A stretch of DNA of 63,618 bases, the filler included, from Folioceros fuciformis (taxonomy: Eukaryota): assembly GCA_049999805.1 (NCBI GenBank). It is 13 parts of 13 records of this genome, joined end to end, with 100 filler letters (N's around TTAATTAATTAA, not from the genome) between each part and the next. Parts side by side here need not be neighbours in the genome. Positions count along the whole stretch, not along the records: positions 49,453 to 50,637 come from JBNGIO010005303.1; positions 50,738 to 55,214 come from JBNGIO010005304.1; positions 55,315 to 57,909 come from JBNGIO010005305.1; positions 58,010 to 62,404 come from JBNGIO010005309.1; 9 more parts are not named here. The stretch is one strand, 5' to 3'. Under the pieces are notes generated by a model, which worked only from the letters and a program-made list of their open reading frames with translations, searched no databases and was not told the origin of the DNA. Both the position numbers and the translations under genes were made by a program. This document shows, in pieces, positions 49,453 through 60,740 of this stretch. Numbering within the stretch: the first letter of the stretch is position 1; each line of letters begins with the position of its first letter.

Positions 49453-50637
49453 CCTCACCTGAGCTAGCAGGGCCCCCTGTTGCTCTTTCAGCGCCTGCAC
49501 TTCCGCCCTCGCCTCGCGCGCCTCTTCCTCAGCTTGAGCCTTCTCCCTGTCCAGAACCTGCTGCTTCCCCTCCAGCAGTTGCCGCACTGTCTTCGACTCC
49601 GCCAGTTGCCTTCTTACTTCAACCTCTCGCTCACGAGCCTCCTCTTTCTTCACCTGACCCTTGGTTTCTCGCTCGGCTTGTACACTTAACCAGGTCAGGG
49701 CCCTAGCAGCCTGATCCAGGAGGTCTGCTTGGGCTTGTACCATTGTAGCAATCAATCCGGGCAAGTCCACCTCCTGCACCCCTCCAGTGCCCATTCCTCT
49801 CGCCGTGATTTGTCTGCCCAGGCGTTCTCGCAACTTGTCCAGGTCCCCCACCTACAACCTGTCTCTCTGAGGCCTGCACCTGAAAATGTCCTCCCACCCT
49901 GAAAAACCCTCCTGTGCTGTAACGCGCCCTAACTTNNNNNNNNNNNNNNNNNNNNNNNNNNNNNNNNNNNNNNNNNNNNNNNNNNNNNNNNNNNNNNNNN
50001 NNNNNNNNNNNNNNNNNNNNNNNNNNNNNNNNNNNTCATCCCGCTCCCGCTTGTATCTGTCAGCTAACTTCTGAGCCTGCTCTACAGCAGCTATCTCCAT
50101 CTCCTGTGCCTTGGCCATTTCCTGTTGCAACTCCAGGTTAGTCTCGTGAGCCTTCCTCACCTGAGCTAGCAGGGCCCCCTGTTGCTCTTTCAGCGCCTGC
50201 ACTTCCGCCCTCGCCTCGCGCGCCTCTTCCTCAGCTTGAGCCTTCTCCCTGTCCAGAACCTGCTGCTTCCCCTCCAGCAGTTGCCGCACTGTCTTCGACT
50301 CCGCCAGTTGCCTTCTTACTTCAACCTCTCGCTCACGAGCCTCCTCTTTCTTCACCTGACCCTTGGTTTCTCGCTCGGCTTGTACACTTAACCAGGTCAG
50401 GGCCCTAGCAGCCTGATCCAGGAGGTCTGCTTGGGCTTGTACCATTGTAGCAATCAATCCGGGCAAGTCCACCTCCTGCACCCCTCCAGTGCCCATTCCT
50501 CTCGCCGTGATTTGTCTGCCCAGGCGTTCTCGCAACTTGTCCAGGTCCCCCACCTACAACCTGTCTCTCTGAGGCCTGCACCTGAAAATGTCCTCCCACC
50601 CTGAAAAACCCTCCTGTGCTGTAACGCGCCCTAACTT
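49453..50637 (-). other. Repeat-family coiled-coil ORF fragment; 49453-49935 duplicates 50155-50637
   Basis: Glu/Arg/Gln-rich heptad ORF; a diverged homologue (QAQADLLDQAARALTWLSVQAERE) lies at about 35340-35420. Confidence 0.6.
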
Positions 50638-50737
50638 NNNNNNNNNNNNNNNNNNNNNNNNNNNNNNNNNNNNNNNNNNNNTTAATTAATTAANNNNNNN
50701 NNNNNNNNNNNNNNNNNNNNNNNNNNNNNNNNNNNNN

Positions 50738-52377
50738 CCAGGGTCGGATGGCGGAGGAGGGAGCCAGGGACCGGGGTGGTCTCTGGAGGCGCTGGGGCTG
50801 CTGGATATGGTGTTCGAGGACGACACAACTGCGGAGGCGGTTGTTGTGGAGACGGTGATGAAGATTAGGGGAAGCTTGGATGCATTAGCGGACAAGGTGG
50901 AGGATTCCCTGTCGGAGGAGGAACGGAAGAAGGTGCTGCGGATGATAGCTGAGGAGCAGGAGAGGGAGCGGGAGGAGAATGTGAACGTGCAGGCTAAAAT
51001 GTTGCGGTGGCTGGAGAACCTTCCGGACACCAGTGCTGTAGTGGATCGCCTGATCAAGCGCATTGCGAACGTTGCCTTTATCAAATGCGAGGGTGAGACT
51101 CCCAGTGTGGATTTGCTTTCCATTCAGAAATCAAGTCAGCAGCTCTACCAGGCTTTAGGGGAGACGTGGAACCGGTTGAATGGACATCCCACAGCGACTT
51201 CCTCCGAGCCTATAACCGCCAAGTTGCCTAGGCCTCCTCCTTTGAGGCCGCAGCTAGAGGAGAAGAAGCTTGGGCTCATCTTGCAGGTGGAGGCGCTAGA
51301 CAAGAAGCTTGGAGATGCCAGTAGGGGCAGGGAATCTAGGTTGAGGCAGAAGAATGTGCTGCAGCGCACNNNNNNNNNNNNNNNNNNNNNNNNNNNNNNN
51401 NNNNNNNNNNNNNNNNNNNNNNNNNNNNNNNNNNNNNNNNNNNNNNNNNNNNNNNNNNNNNNNNNNNNNGGGGCTTAGATGACGAGGTGAATGAGCTGAG
51501 GAAGATACTGGCTGTCAGGACTCTGCAACTGGAGATGCTGCTCATATACATGTATCTCGAGGAAGATGTCATGCAGATTTTGGATGACGTGCGGACTGAC
51601 GAGGAGGAGAGCCTGCTGGTGGCAGAGTTTGGTCTCCTGGATGCGGATCTATCCAAGCTTCGGCTTGCTATCGACAGCAGCCAGGCTGGAATGATTCAGG
51701 ATGAAGAGCTGGAGGATCTAGTGGCTGACATACTGGACCTTAAGAATAGGCTGGGCATTGTGGAGGAACCATCCATACCCTTTGCTCAGCGTATGCAGCT
51801 CTCCATAGCGGAGGCTCGATTGAAGTTCAGCGAAGGGGCATCCTTCTACTGGCGAGGACTTCAGCTTCTTGGTGGAGACCTATCGTATGCTGGCCGCCTT
51901 TTCTGGGCAGCTATGTCAGGAACTACTCTGAAGCCTAGAGAAGTGCAAACTGTTCGACGCACAGCAAGAGATGTTCTCACCATGGTTCCTTTCACCATCA
52001 TCCTCATTGCTCCGCTCACCCCAGTGGGCCATGTTCTTGTGTTCTCCTTCATCCAGCGCTACTTCCCTGGATTTTTCCCAAGCTCCTTCTCTACGAAACG
52101 GCAGGAGGTGATGAAGCGGTACGAGCTGATTCGGGAGCAGGAGCAGAAGGCTCGCTTGCAAGGGTTGGATGCCCAAAAGGCCAACATTTTGGCAGCTCGT
52201 TCCGTGGCCAAGATTCTGAGAACCTCGCTCGGCCCCAAGGGCATGGACAAGATGCTGCAGAGCCCGGACGGCGATGTCACTATGACAAACGATGGGGCTA
52301 CAATACTTGAGCAGATGGAGGTTGAGAATCAAATTGGGAAGCTGATGGTTGAGCTTTCGAAAAGTCAGGATTTTTGA
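50738..52377 (+). CDS. Intronless LETM1-like coding sequence fused in frame to the N-terminal part of CCT5
   Basis: [56 protein letters not shown] (LETM1-like domain) continues without a stop into [30 protein letters not shown]. The 5' end is cut by the scaffold edge, and there is an internal N gap. Confidence 0.8.
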
Positions 52378-52779
52378 GATTGGTGACGACACAACTGGGG
52401 TTGTAGTTACAGTAGGTACACTCTTGGAGTAGGCAGAAGAGCTACTAGATCGGGGCATCCACCCCATTCGGATCGCTGAGGGGTATGAGATATTGTCTAA
52501 GGTCGCCACTGAGCACTTGAATCACATCGCGCACAAGTCTGACTTCAGTGCACATAATGCTGAGCCTCATTCAGACGTGCATGACGATGCTATTTTCCAA
52601 GATAGTGGGTAGGTGCAAACGGATACTGGCAGAAATTGCAGTGAAAGCTGTGCTTGCTGTGGCGGATTTGGAGAGACGTGATGTCAACCTTGACTTGATT
52701 AAGGTTGAAGGAAAAGTTGGTGGTAGGCTAGAGGATGCAAAGATTGCCATTCTGACCTGCCCATTCGAACCACCGAAGC
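52129..52779 (+). pseudogene. CCT5: Processed fragment of chaperonin TCP-1 epsilon
   Basis: [57 protein letters not shown] and [12 protein letters not shown]. No introns; a frameshift at about 52372, a stop at about 52429 and an internal deletion between LED and AKIAIL. Confidence 0.92.
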
Positions 52780-53656
52780 GTCCCCAATAGAGTTGGGTAG
52801 TTAGGATCTGACGTGGTAGAGGGGGTAGTTTAAGCGTTTAAAGACACTGTTTAATGAGCTTAAGCGCTGTGGCAGGTGAGAGACCATCAATGGCTGCCTA
52901 CCCGACCAACCATCCCAACCGATAGTAGCCAGGAACTCTATAAGAGTCATAGGGCTCAACAGATAAAGTGGTCGTTCCCCGTTGTTCACCAAGCCTGAGC
53001 ACACTTGTTCGTGTTCCAACGAGTGCGCTCCTGCCGGCTGCGTTGTCTGTAGTATCTAGTAGCTTGGTGGGGATCGTGACGGCCCAGACGCCTGGATGTG
53101 AGGTGCCGTGTTTCGCACGCACGCCTGCGGTGTCCGACCTGGGTGAGTTTGTCAAGAAGGGCCCGGGTCTTCGAGCTGACTAGAGATCTTCGCTACCACC
53201 GCATCAGTGGTCCTCCTCGTGAACGAAGTCAGGTAACCACTCTCCTGACGAAGGAAGAATGCAGGAGTTGCATAGGTGGGTATGGAGTCGAGGAGTTGAG
53301 GGAGTTGAGTTGAGAAGGGAAGGCTGGTCTGGGAGGATTAGATCGAGGAGAAGAAAAGACGAGAGCAAGAGAGGAAGTGTTGGACTGGACACAAGGAAGT
53401 AACCGGGGAAGAGAGTGAGGAACGTGGGTGTCCTACCTTAGTGAGTCGCTGACAGCAGAGGCGTGGTTGGCAGGCAGGAGGTGTATTCAGGCTCTCAAGG
53501 GTCGTGGTAGAAGAGAGGTACGAGTAGAGTCGTTCACACACACAATTGGGATAGGCCCTCCTTTGAGGGAACGAAACCTGCTAGACTACATGACAGCAGG
53601 ATAGGTGTGGCCGCTAGAGGAAAGCCCCTAGGTGTCCCAGGGTTTTTTCCACCACA
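52780..53656 (-). mobile_element. Probable gypsy-type LTR with a degenerate PBS, nested in copia pol
   Basis: TGTGGTGG begins at 53656, exactly where copia homology stops; AACTCTATTGGGGAC at about 52780-52794 resembles a GACTC.GCTGGGGAC-type PBS. Confidence 0.55.
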
Positions 53657-55214
53657 AAGTGCCATACTTCGATCCACGAGCTAACACAAGAGAACCTTTG
53701 GAGATCTTCCAAGAATGATCTCCAAACCAACAATGGTAGCCAACGTCATCCAATCGCCTTGTGCTAATCATGCTTTTGGTCAACTTCGGAACATGCCTAA
53801 CATCCTTCAATACGAATGAAGATCCATTGTCGAACTTCAGCTGCACATCACCAATGCCTGCAATCTCGCATGCGTAGTTATTTCCAAGCCAAACACATCC
53901 TTTCCTAGTAGCATCATAAGTGCTAAACCACTCCCTATGCGGAGTAACATGGAAAGATGCTCCAAAGTCAATTATCGAATTAGAGAATAAGTGACTCTCC
54001 ACGGCTGTCAGTTGTGCAAAATTGAAGGAAGAAGAGGTAAGAACATCTCCATCGTCAACAGAGTTCACCTCGTCACGCCTGACACTTGGACTTGCCTTGT
54101 TATCGCTCTGCTTCTTCTCCTTTCCTTTGTCCTTCTTGACCTTCTCGCAGTCCCTTCTGATGTGACCCTTCTTGTGACAATAGTAACACTCAACATTGTT
54201 ACGACTACGAGACTTACTACGGGAACGACTTCGCTCCTTGTACTTCCCCTTTGAAGTGGACCTTCCTCTCACCATGAGGGCATTGGAACCTTTCGAGGGT
54301 TCCATATTCTTCCTGTTCACCTCCTCTATTAACAGGCTACCTTCTACATTTACAATGGTAAGACCATTGGCAGGAGCAAAATTACTCAGAGTTGTACGAA
54401 AGGTGTCCCAGCTCTCTGGTAATGTGACCAACAGAACATAGCTCTCACAAAATCTGGGAACGAGATACCTTGAGATGAGAGCTGGCTGAAAATGGTATTG
54501 CACTCATTCTGATGATCGGACATCCTCGTCCCTTCCTTCATCTTCAAGTCCGCCAACTGTTTCAACCAGTACACTTGAGAAGCCGCACTTTGCTTCTCAT
54601 ACAGGTCACACAACTTCTGCCATAGCTTAAAACTTATGGTCCTGTCTTTCACATTGAAGTAGACCGACTTCGACAATGTTAGCATGATGGTAGACCTAGC
54701 AAGCTCATCTAGATCCTGCCACTCATCCTGAGTCATGCTAACAAGTTTCACTCATAGCAACTTTATGGGCTTGATCTGTACTAGAACATTATACACTTGT
54801 TCTTTCCAGAACGGGAAGTTAGTACCATCTAACTTGTCAATATTGAACATGACGTTTTTTGAGGACGTCATGTTTCAAAATCGATGCGAATCAAGCAAAA
54901 GGCTAGTTAGAAAATGGTCAAAATGTAAAAAGTTACCCTCACAACGAAATGGCTGTCCACAATTTAGGCTTCGGTCGCTCACAACTGGAATATCTCCCGT
55001 CGTCCGATTGAGATCCCGACTTCTACGGCTGGGATCGGTTTGGTGCCCACACTCTTGCTCTCGGCGTCGGCACTCTGGCGACCGCGATCTGGCGTTTGCT
55101 CTATGGCGCTCTGGCGCTCTGCCTCTCCTCGATATTTACGTCCGACGACACCCTCGGTGCTCGCCAGCCAGATCCTCGCCGGCCGGGTCGTCGCCCATCG
55201 GCCGCGTCCTCGCC
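53657..55214 (-). mobile_element. Ty1/copia gag-protease and GC-rich leader, same family as 16278-19050
   Basis: Near-colinear nucleotide similarity; CYYCHKKGHIRRDC and IIDFGASFHVT. Confidence 0.93.
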
Positions 55215-55314
55215 NNNNNNNNNNNNNNNNNNNNNNNNNNNNNNNNNNNNNNNNNNNNTTAATTAATTAANNNNNNNNNNNNNNNNNNNNNNNNNNNNNN
55301 NNNNNNNNNNNNNN

Positions 55315-57909
55315 GGATGGGTCTCCAGCTTGAGTTAGGAGAGCATGTGCCATCAATCCCCGAGAAGATGTAAAAGTTAAGTCATGAAATTTGACAACAG
55401 GGATGCCACGGTTGGATCTAGATGAGTGTCTTCCAAGAGAAGGTATGGATTCAGAGACTCCCTCCGTAGATACACCTGAAGTTGACAAGTGTGGAGGCTG
55501 AGATGAACCAGATGATAAAGATNNNNNNNNNNNNNNNNNNNNNNNNNNNNNNNNNNNNNNNNNNNNNNNNNNNNNNNNNNNNNNNNNNNNNNNNNNNNNN
55601 NNNNNNNNNNNNNNNNNNNNNNATACGGTGAGAACCATGGCCTCTGCTGTGACGTTGCCACAGGTGGTGTGGGTGGATAGCCAATAGGGGGGGCAGGAGC
55701 ATTAGGAACAATGGCCTGTTGTGAAGCTAGGGGGGTAGGTGAGGACGGTGTGGAATCGTCACCATCATCGAAAGAAGCCACCACGCCATGGGAGGGATCA
55801 GCAACAGGAGAGGCCACGGAGTGAGAAGGGGCGTCCCTGTGAGAAGTGAGGACGGAATCTTCATCAAAGCGCACACTACGGCTGAGAGTGACACGCCGAG
55901 TTTGTCGATCCAGTAACGTGTAACTCTTCACACCATGGAGCTCACCATAACCAATAATGGTAAGTTGCTTGGACTTGGGATCAAGCTTCTTCCGTTGTTC
56001 ATCTGGAACATGTTGGTAAGCCACACAACCAAAAACTCTAAGATGCTGCAAATTGGGTTTATGTCCTGTCCAGATTTCAAAAGGAGTTTTGCCCTACAAC
56101 GCAGATGTGCTACATCTATTTTGAACATAACATGCTGTAGCCACAGCATCTGCCCAAAGGAAATGAGGGAGATTTGCAGCCTATAGCATACTACGAGCAG
56201 AAGTCAGCAAGTCTTGGTTCCTCTTTTCAGCTTTGCCATTCTGTTGAGAAGTGTAAGGAGTGGTATGTTGGAGTTGAATCCCAGCTGTAGAGAGAAAGCT
56301 CCGAAAATCCCCGGAGGTAAACTCACCACCCCCATCAGCTCTGAAAATCTTGATTTTGTGGTTGAGCTGATTTTCCACAAGTGCCTTGAATTGCTGAAAA
56401 TAATGCAAGGTTTCGAACTTGTGCCGTAGAAAATATACACTCGTGAAGTGACTGAAGTCATCTAGAAGGACAAACATGTATAATTTGCCGGCCAGGGATT
56501 GGGTTTGCATCGGACCACAAAGATCAGCATGAATTAATTCTAACAAGGCTGTACTTTTGCTAGTGGAAGCTGAGAACTTATGGACACGGTGCTTCCCTTT
56601 AAGACAGCCTTCACAAAGAGGAAGATCTGTCAACCTGCTAGGAAGACCAACAACCATGTCTAATCTTTGCATCTGTTTGATAGAATTAAGATTCAAGTGA
56701 GCCAACCGATGGTGCCACAAAGTGGTGGTTGCTTGGGCAGGAGCTGTAGAGGCTATAAGGCTAACAGCAGAGCCTGACCCTGTAGCAACGGGGAGACCTC
56801 TACCAAGAGGATACAACCTCCCAGATTGGGAACAATCAAAGGAGAATTGCTGACCAGAGGGTGTAACAGAAATAACTTTGCAATGATTATGGAAAAATTG
56901 CTTACTGCTGCCGCTGATCTTTGTAGCCTCATGTACAGAGATGAGATTCTTAGCTAGACCAGGTACATGAAGCACATTATCAACAATGATGTGCTGATGG
57001 TGGGGAGAACCAAGCTGTATTTGAACAGAGCCTACACCAGCAGCAACGTGAGAAGTGTTATCACCCATGAAGACTGGACGAGGTTGAGAGAGGGGTTTAT
57101 AAGTAAGAAACCACTCCCTTTTTGGAGTCATGTGCTCCGTGGCACTAGTATCCAGATACCATGTGTCCTGCAGATATTCGTCACTTGTAGAGGTGATAGA
57201 GAACAGATGGATAGGAGCTGAGCAAGCAAGGTTTGCTTGAGAGTTTGAGGAGGAAACGCCAGACGATTTGTCCCGTTTCTTCTTCCTACAATCAGGAGCA
57301 ATATGACCTTTCTTTTGACAATAATGACAGATTTTGTCCTTGTGAGCGGGGTTGGATGGAGGAAACCTAGAGGCAGACGGTGGTCTACCAGACGGCTTCT
57401 TCCAATGCTTAGAACCCCTAGCAAAGAGAACAGTAGGACCCTTAGCAGATTAAGTAGGATCTGACCTAAGGACTGCATTATGCATAATCTTCGAGATTAA
57501 TACTGTCAATGTTAATGGATTGGCAGGTGTATACATACTAGATTGAGTGGATACGAAGGGTTGCCACAAGGGTGGCAAAGACCGCAACAAGTGCATGACT
57601 TGTTCTTCTTCATCAATCTTCAGCCCGGCGGAAAGGGCCTCATCCAAAACACCTTGCCAAGTCTCCAAGAAGTCAAGGGGAGAGTCCCCTTCTTGCATGC
57701 GGGTGGCTGCAAGTTTGTCCTGTAGGTGAAGTTTGGAAGCCATGCTGACGGCTTGATAGGTGCTAGCCAGCTTGTCCCAAACTTCCTTGGAGGTTGTCAA
57801 CTTACTAAGAAAGGGTATTTGACGATCTCCCACATGGAGAATCAGATCGGAAAGTGCTTTAGAATCGCGTTGTAACCAAGCAGGCTCATCAGCATGGCCT
57901 GCTGAAGGT
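55315..57909 (-). mobile_element. Ty1/copia gag-protease-integrase
   Basis: TSKEVWDKL, LLRSLPPLW, CHYCQKKGHIAPDC, WYLDTSATEHMT, LWHHRLAH, LELIHADLCGP, RADGGGEF, QQNGKAEKRN and HLRVFGCVAY. Confidence 0.95.
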
Positions 57910-58009
57910 NNNNNNNNNNNNNNNNNNNNNNNNNNNNNNNNNNNNNNNNNNNNTTAATTAATTAANNNNNNNNNNNNNNNNNNNNNNNNNNNNNNNNNNN
58001 NNNNNNNNN

Positions 58010-59953
58010 TCCCAGCGGGCAGCAGCAGTGGCTGCGCCTCCCTCTGAGTTTCTCTGGCTTCACGCACCTGAGCAACATCGATGTTGAAGGCTGCTGCTGC
58101 CACTTCCTCCGGAAGCCTGCGCAACACGGATGTACTGCCTGCAAGAGCTTCCACGAGGGGCCTGCAATGCAAATGCGATGTACCTACCGTAAGCGCAACG
58201 CCAAGCGAAAAAGCCGAAGTCTGGATTTGTCAGGAGGAACACTCACTGGTCGGTAGTGTAGAAGCTGATCCATTCCAAACCCTCGCTGCCAGCCTGCACG
58301 CCGTGGGCATGGAAGCGGGGAATCACGTACGCCTCACCTTCCCGCAGTTCCCTATCCACAAGCTGCTCCCCATTGTGACTAACCACCTGCAGGTTGCCGC
58401 TGCCTCTCAAGATGTGCACCACCTCATGTCCCGTGGGCGACCACTGCGGAGCCAAAATAGCGTTCTGCAAAAATCCACGAGCGGGTTCCGTGAGCGATCA
58501 CAAACAAACTGCGAATATCTGCATGCAGACAAGACCAACAAGAAAAACAAGTGTGACATACGTCCTCCAGACGGCCGTAAGTAAGACCCAAGTCGACAGC
58601 CCTGAGGATGGGCAGCTTGAACCTGTTAACGCTGTTGTAAAAACCAGCATCGCGGACGCGAACATCAGCTGATCCCTCGCGAACGTTGAACACGAACTCT
58701 CCGTTAGCCAAGTACTCGCGGAGATGAGCATCGGCTCTCTCGGCGGAGCGGGAGATGCTGCGGCCCTCGTCTCTGTTGACATCCTGCTCCTGCTCCTGCT
58801 CGAACTCGGGCAGCCTGATGTCACGATCTACCAAGACGATAGCCGAGCCTCTCTGATTGTCCAGCAGCTCATCTACTCTGGCCTCGTCCAGATCCCAAGC
58901 CTCAGCCAGAAACTCCCTCCTGAAACCTTGGAGAATTGAGCCATACTCCTCTTCCTGTTGCCGTCCGCGGCCTCCGCGCTTGCGATCTTCGCGCTCCCTT
59001 CGACGCCGTTCCCGTTCTCGCTCCTCACGTTCCTCACGTTCGCGCTCCTCGCGTGATCTGCCTCGGCCATCGCGTTCGCGTTCGCGTTCCTCCCGTTCTC
59101 GCTCTCGCTCCTCCCGTTCCTCACGCTCGCGCTCCTCGCGTGATCTCCCTCGGCCATCGCGTTCGCGTTCCCGTTCGCGCTCCTCCCTTTCCCGGCGCTC
59201 CCGTTCTTCCCGCTCCCGGCGCTCGCGTTCGCTCTCGCGGCCTTTCCCTCGGTTCAGCCTCCTCTTGCCTTCTCCTCGGCCTCCGCCGGCCAGATAGAAC
59301 GCCTGCGCAACCAGCATACACAGACACATTCACGCCCACGAAGACCGTTCCCCAGGGTGCACAACTTGTGGCTCGAAGTCTGGATCCAAGACACCACAAG
59401 AGCTTACGTTGTATTCCCCGTTCTCTGATGCGGATGTGTCGGCGAAGCCAAGGATGCGGAGCTCCTCATTGCCGCTGTTGTACCACCATGAAGCCACTCC
59501 CCGAGGTAAGGCGACGACATCGCCGCGCCTAACCCGACGGATTCTCGAGCTTTCAGCGTACCCACTGAGAACGCCCACAATGCCCTCACCTGTCGACAAA
59601 ACACCTTTCAGCTCGACCTTAAATCAGGACAACAATCACCAACAGACATCCATGCTGCTGCACAGACGTCAGAAGCAGCAACCTTTGGCTCTCCCCTCAC
59701 CTTCTTCCACATATCCCACGGCCGCGGCATCAGAGTACTTGGGCAGGAACAGACCACGTTGCTTGAGAATGATTCTGGCGGATGCAACGTTAGCGTCTCT
59801 CAGAGCCTGGCTGTCGGGCTGCCATTGCTCGAGCCGACCTCCGTCGGTGCGCAGCACCTCCTCGGGCTCTCCCAGCCGAAGCTCTTCACGCTCGCCGGTC
59901 GCGAAGGACGCGACCAGGAGAAGCCCCAAAACCCAGAACACGGAGCGACTCAT
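58010..59953 (-). CDS. 11S globulin/legumin-type bicupin A: signal peptide, ~110-aa Arg/Glu insert, 5 exons, 3' end cut by the scaffold edge
   Basis: Exons 59953-59701, 59589-59408, 59302-58562, 58464-58247 and 58161-58010, all GT-AG. Motifs LPKYSDA, GDVVALPRGVASWWYNSG, FYLAG, ILQGF, ANGEF, VNRFKLPILR, NAILAPQW, LEWISFYT and LAGSTSVLRRLPEEV. Confidence 0.92.
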
Positions 59954-60740
59954 CGCCACACCACTGCACATGCCTTAATACAAAATCTCGGACACGACCA
60001 CACGCCGAGTGCTGAGAAACGCAGCGAAGGGAAGCCGCATTTGTACTCCTCGCAGCCTTTCGGATGTGGCAGCTGCGAATCTGTCTTCACCAGTCTGCCG
60101 GACTGCAGCTCCCAACTCCCACTCGCGCGTAACTGCCAGTCCGTCACAATCCCACTCGCCCCACCGTGCCAAGAGACGCAGAATGTGCGGCGTGCAAGCG
60201 GGGAGGCGATGCATTTGGTCCAGCGTCACGTCCATCTCCACATTACTCTCCACGGCTTCCGTTTCCGCAAGCTTTGCCTTCACACTCGTTCGTTCGTTCG
60301 CCCGAGCGTGCCAAGAGACGCAGAATATGCCGTTTGCATGCGGCATGCAAGCGGGAGGCGCTGCATCTGGTCCAGCGTCACATCCGTCTCCAGATTCTTC
60401 TGCACGGCTTCCGATCCCGCAAGCCAGCCTTCTCTTACTCGTGCCGTACTTCACAGCCACAAGTGGCAGGCATCTGGGCGTGGCGACAAGACACCGCTAA
60501 TGTGTCGGCGGCCATCAGACTATCACACCCTGCCAGTGCTGGCACCCTACTGCCACTTCCCTCCAAATTGGACGCCCACGGCCAGTTGCACTCCGACTCC
60601 ATCCCCGCCTGTCCCGGTTTGCCATTTACGTCACATTTCCCCTCTCCACTAGTAAGCACCAGGTCTCATTCGCAGTCTCCAATCCGAATCTGTTTGGTCT
60701 CAACCGGTATCGTGGCGGCTACGCATCCTTGCTGAGCGAT
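59954..60740. promoter_or_regulatory. Bidirectional promoter between the two legumin-type genes, with a central inverted RY pair and a ~100-bp internal duplication
   Basis: TTGCATGC-G-GCATGCAA at 60334-60350; blocks at ~60165-60260 and ~60307-60412 are similar; ACGT cores at about 60228 and 60628. Confidence 0.65.

Noticed and set aside
49453-50637. Apparent tandem duplication of the coiled-coil ORF
   Set aside because: The copies look identical and sit at the two scaffold ends around a 100-N gap, so this is most likely an assembly artefact.
58857-59297. SR/RS-rich ORF on the plus strand resembling a splicing factor
   Set aside because: It is the antisense shadow of the Arg/Glu repeat in legumin A, and there is no RRM.
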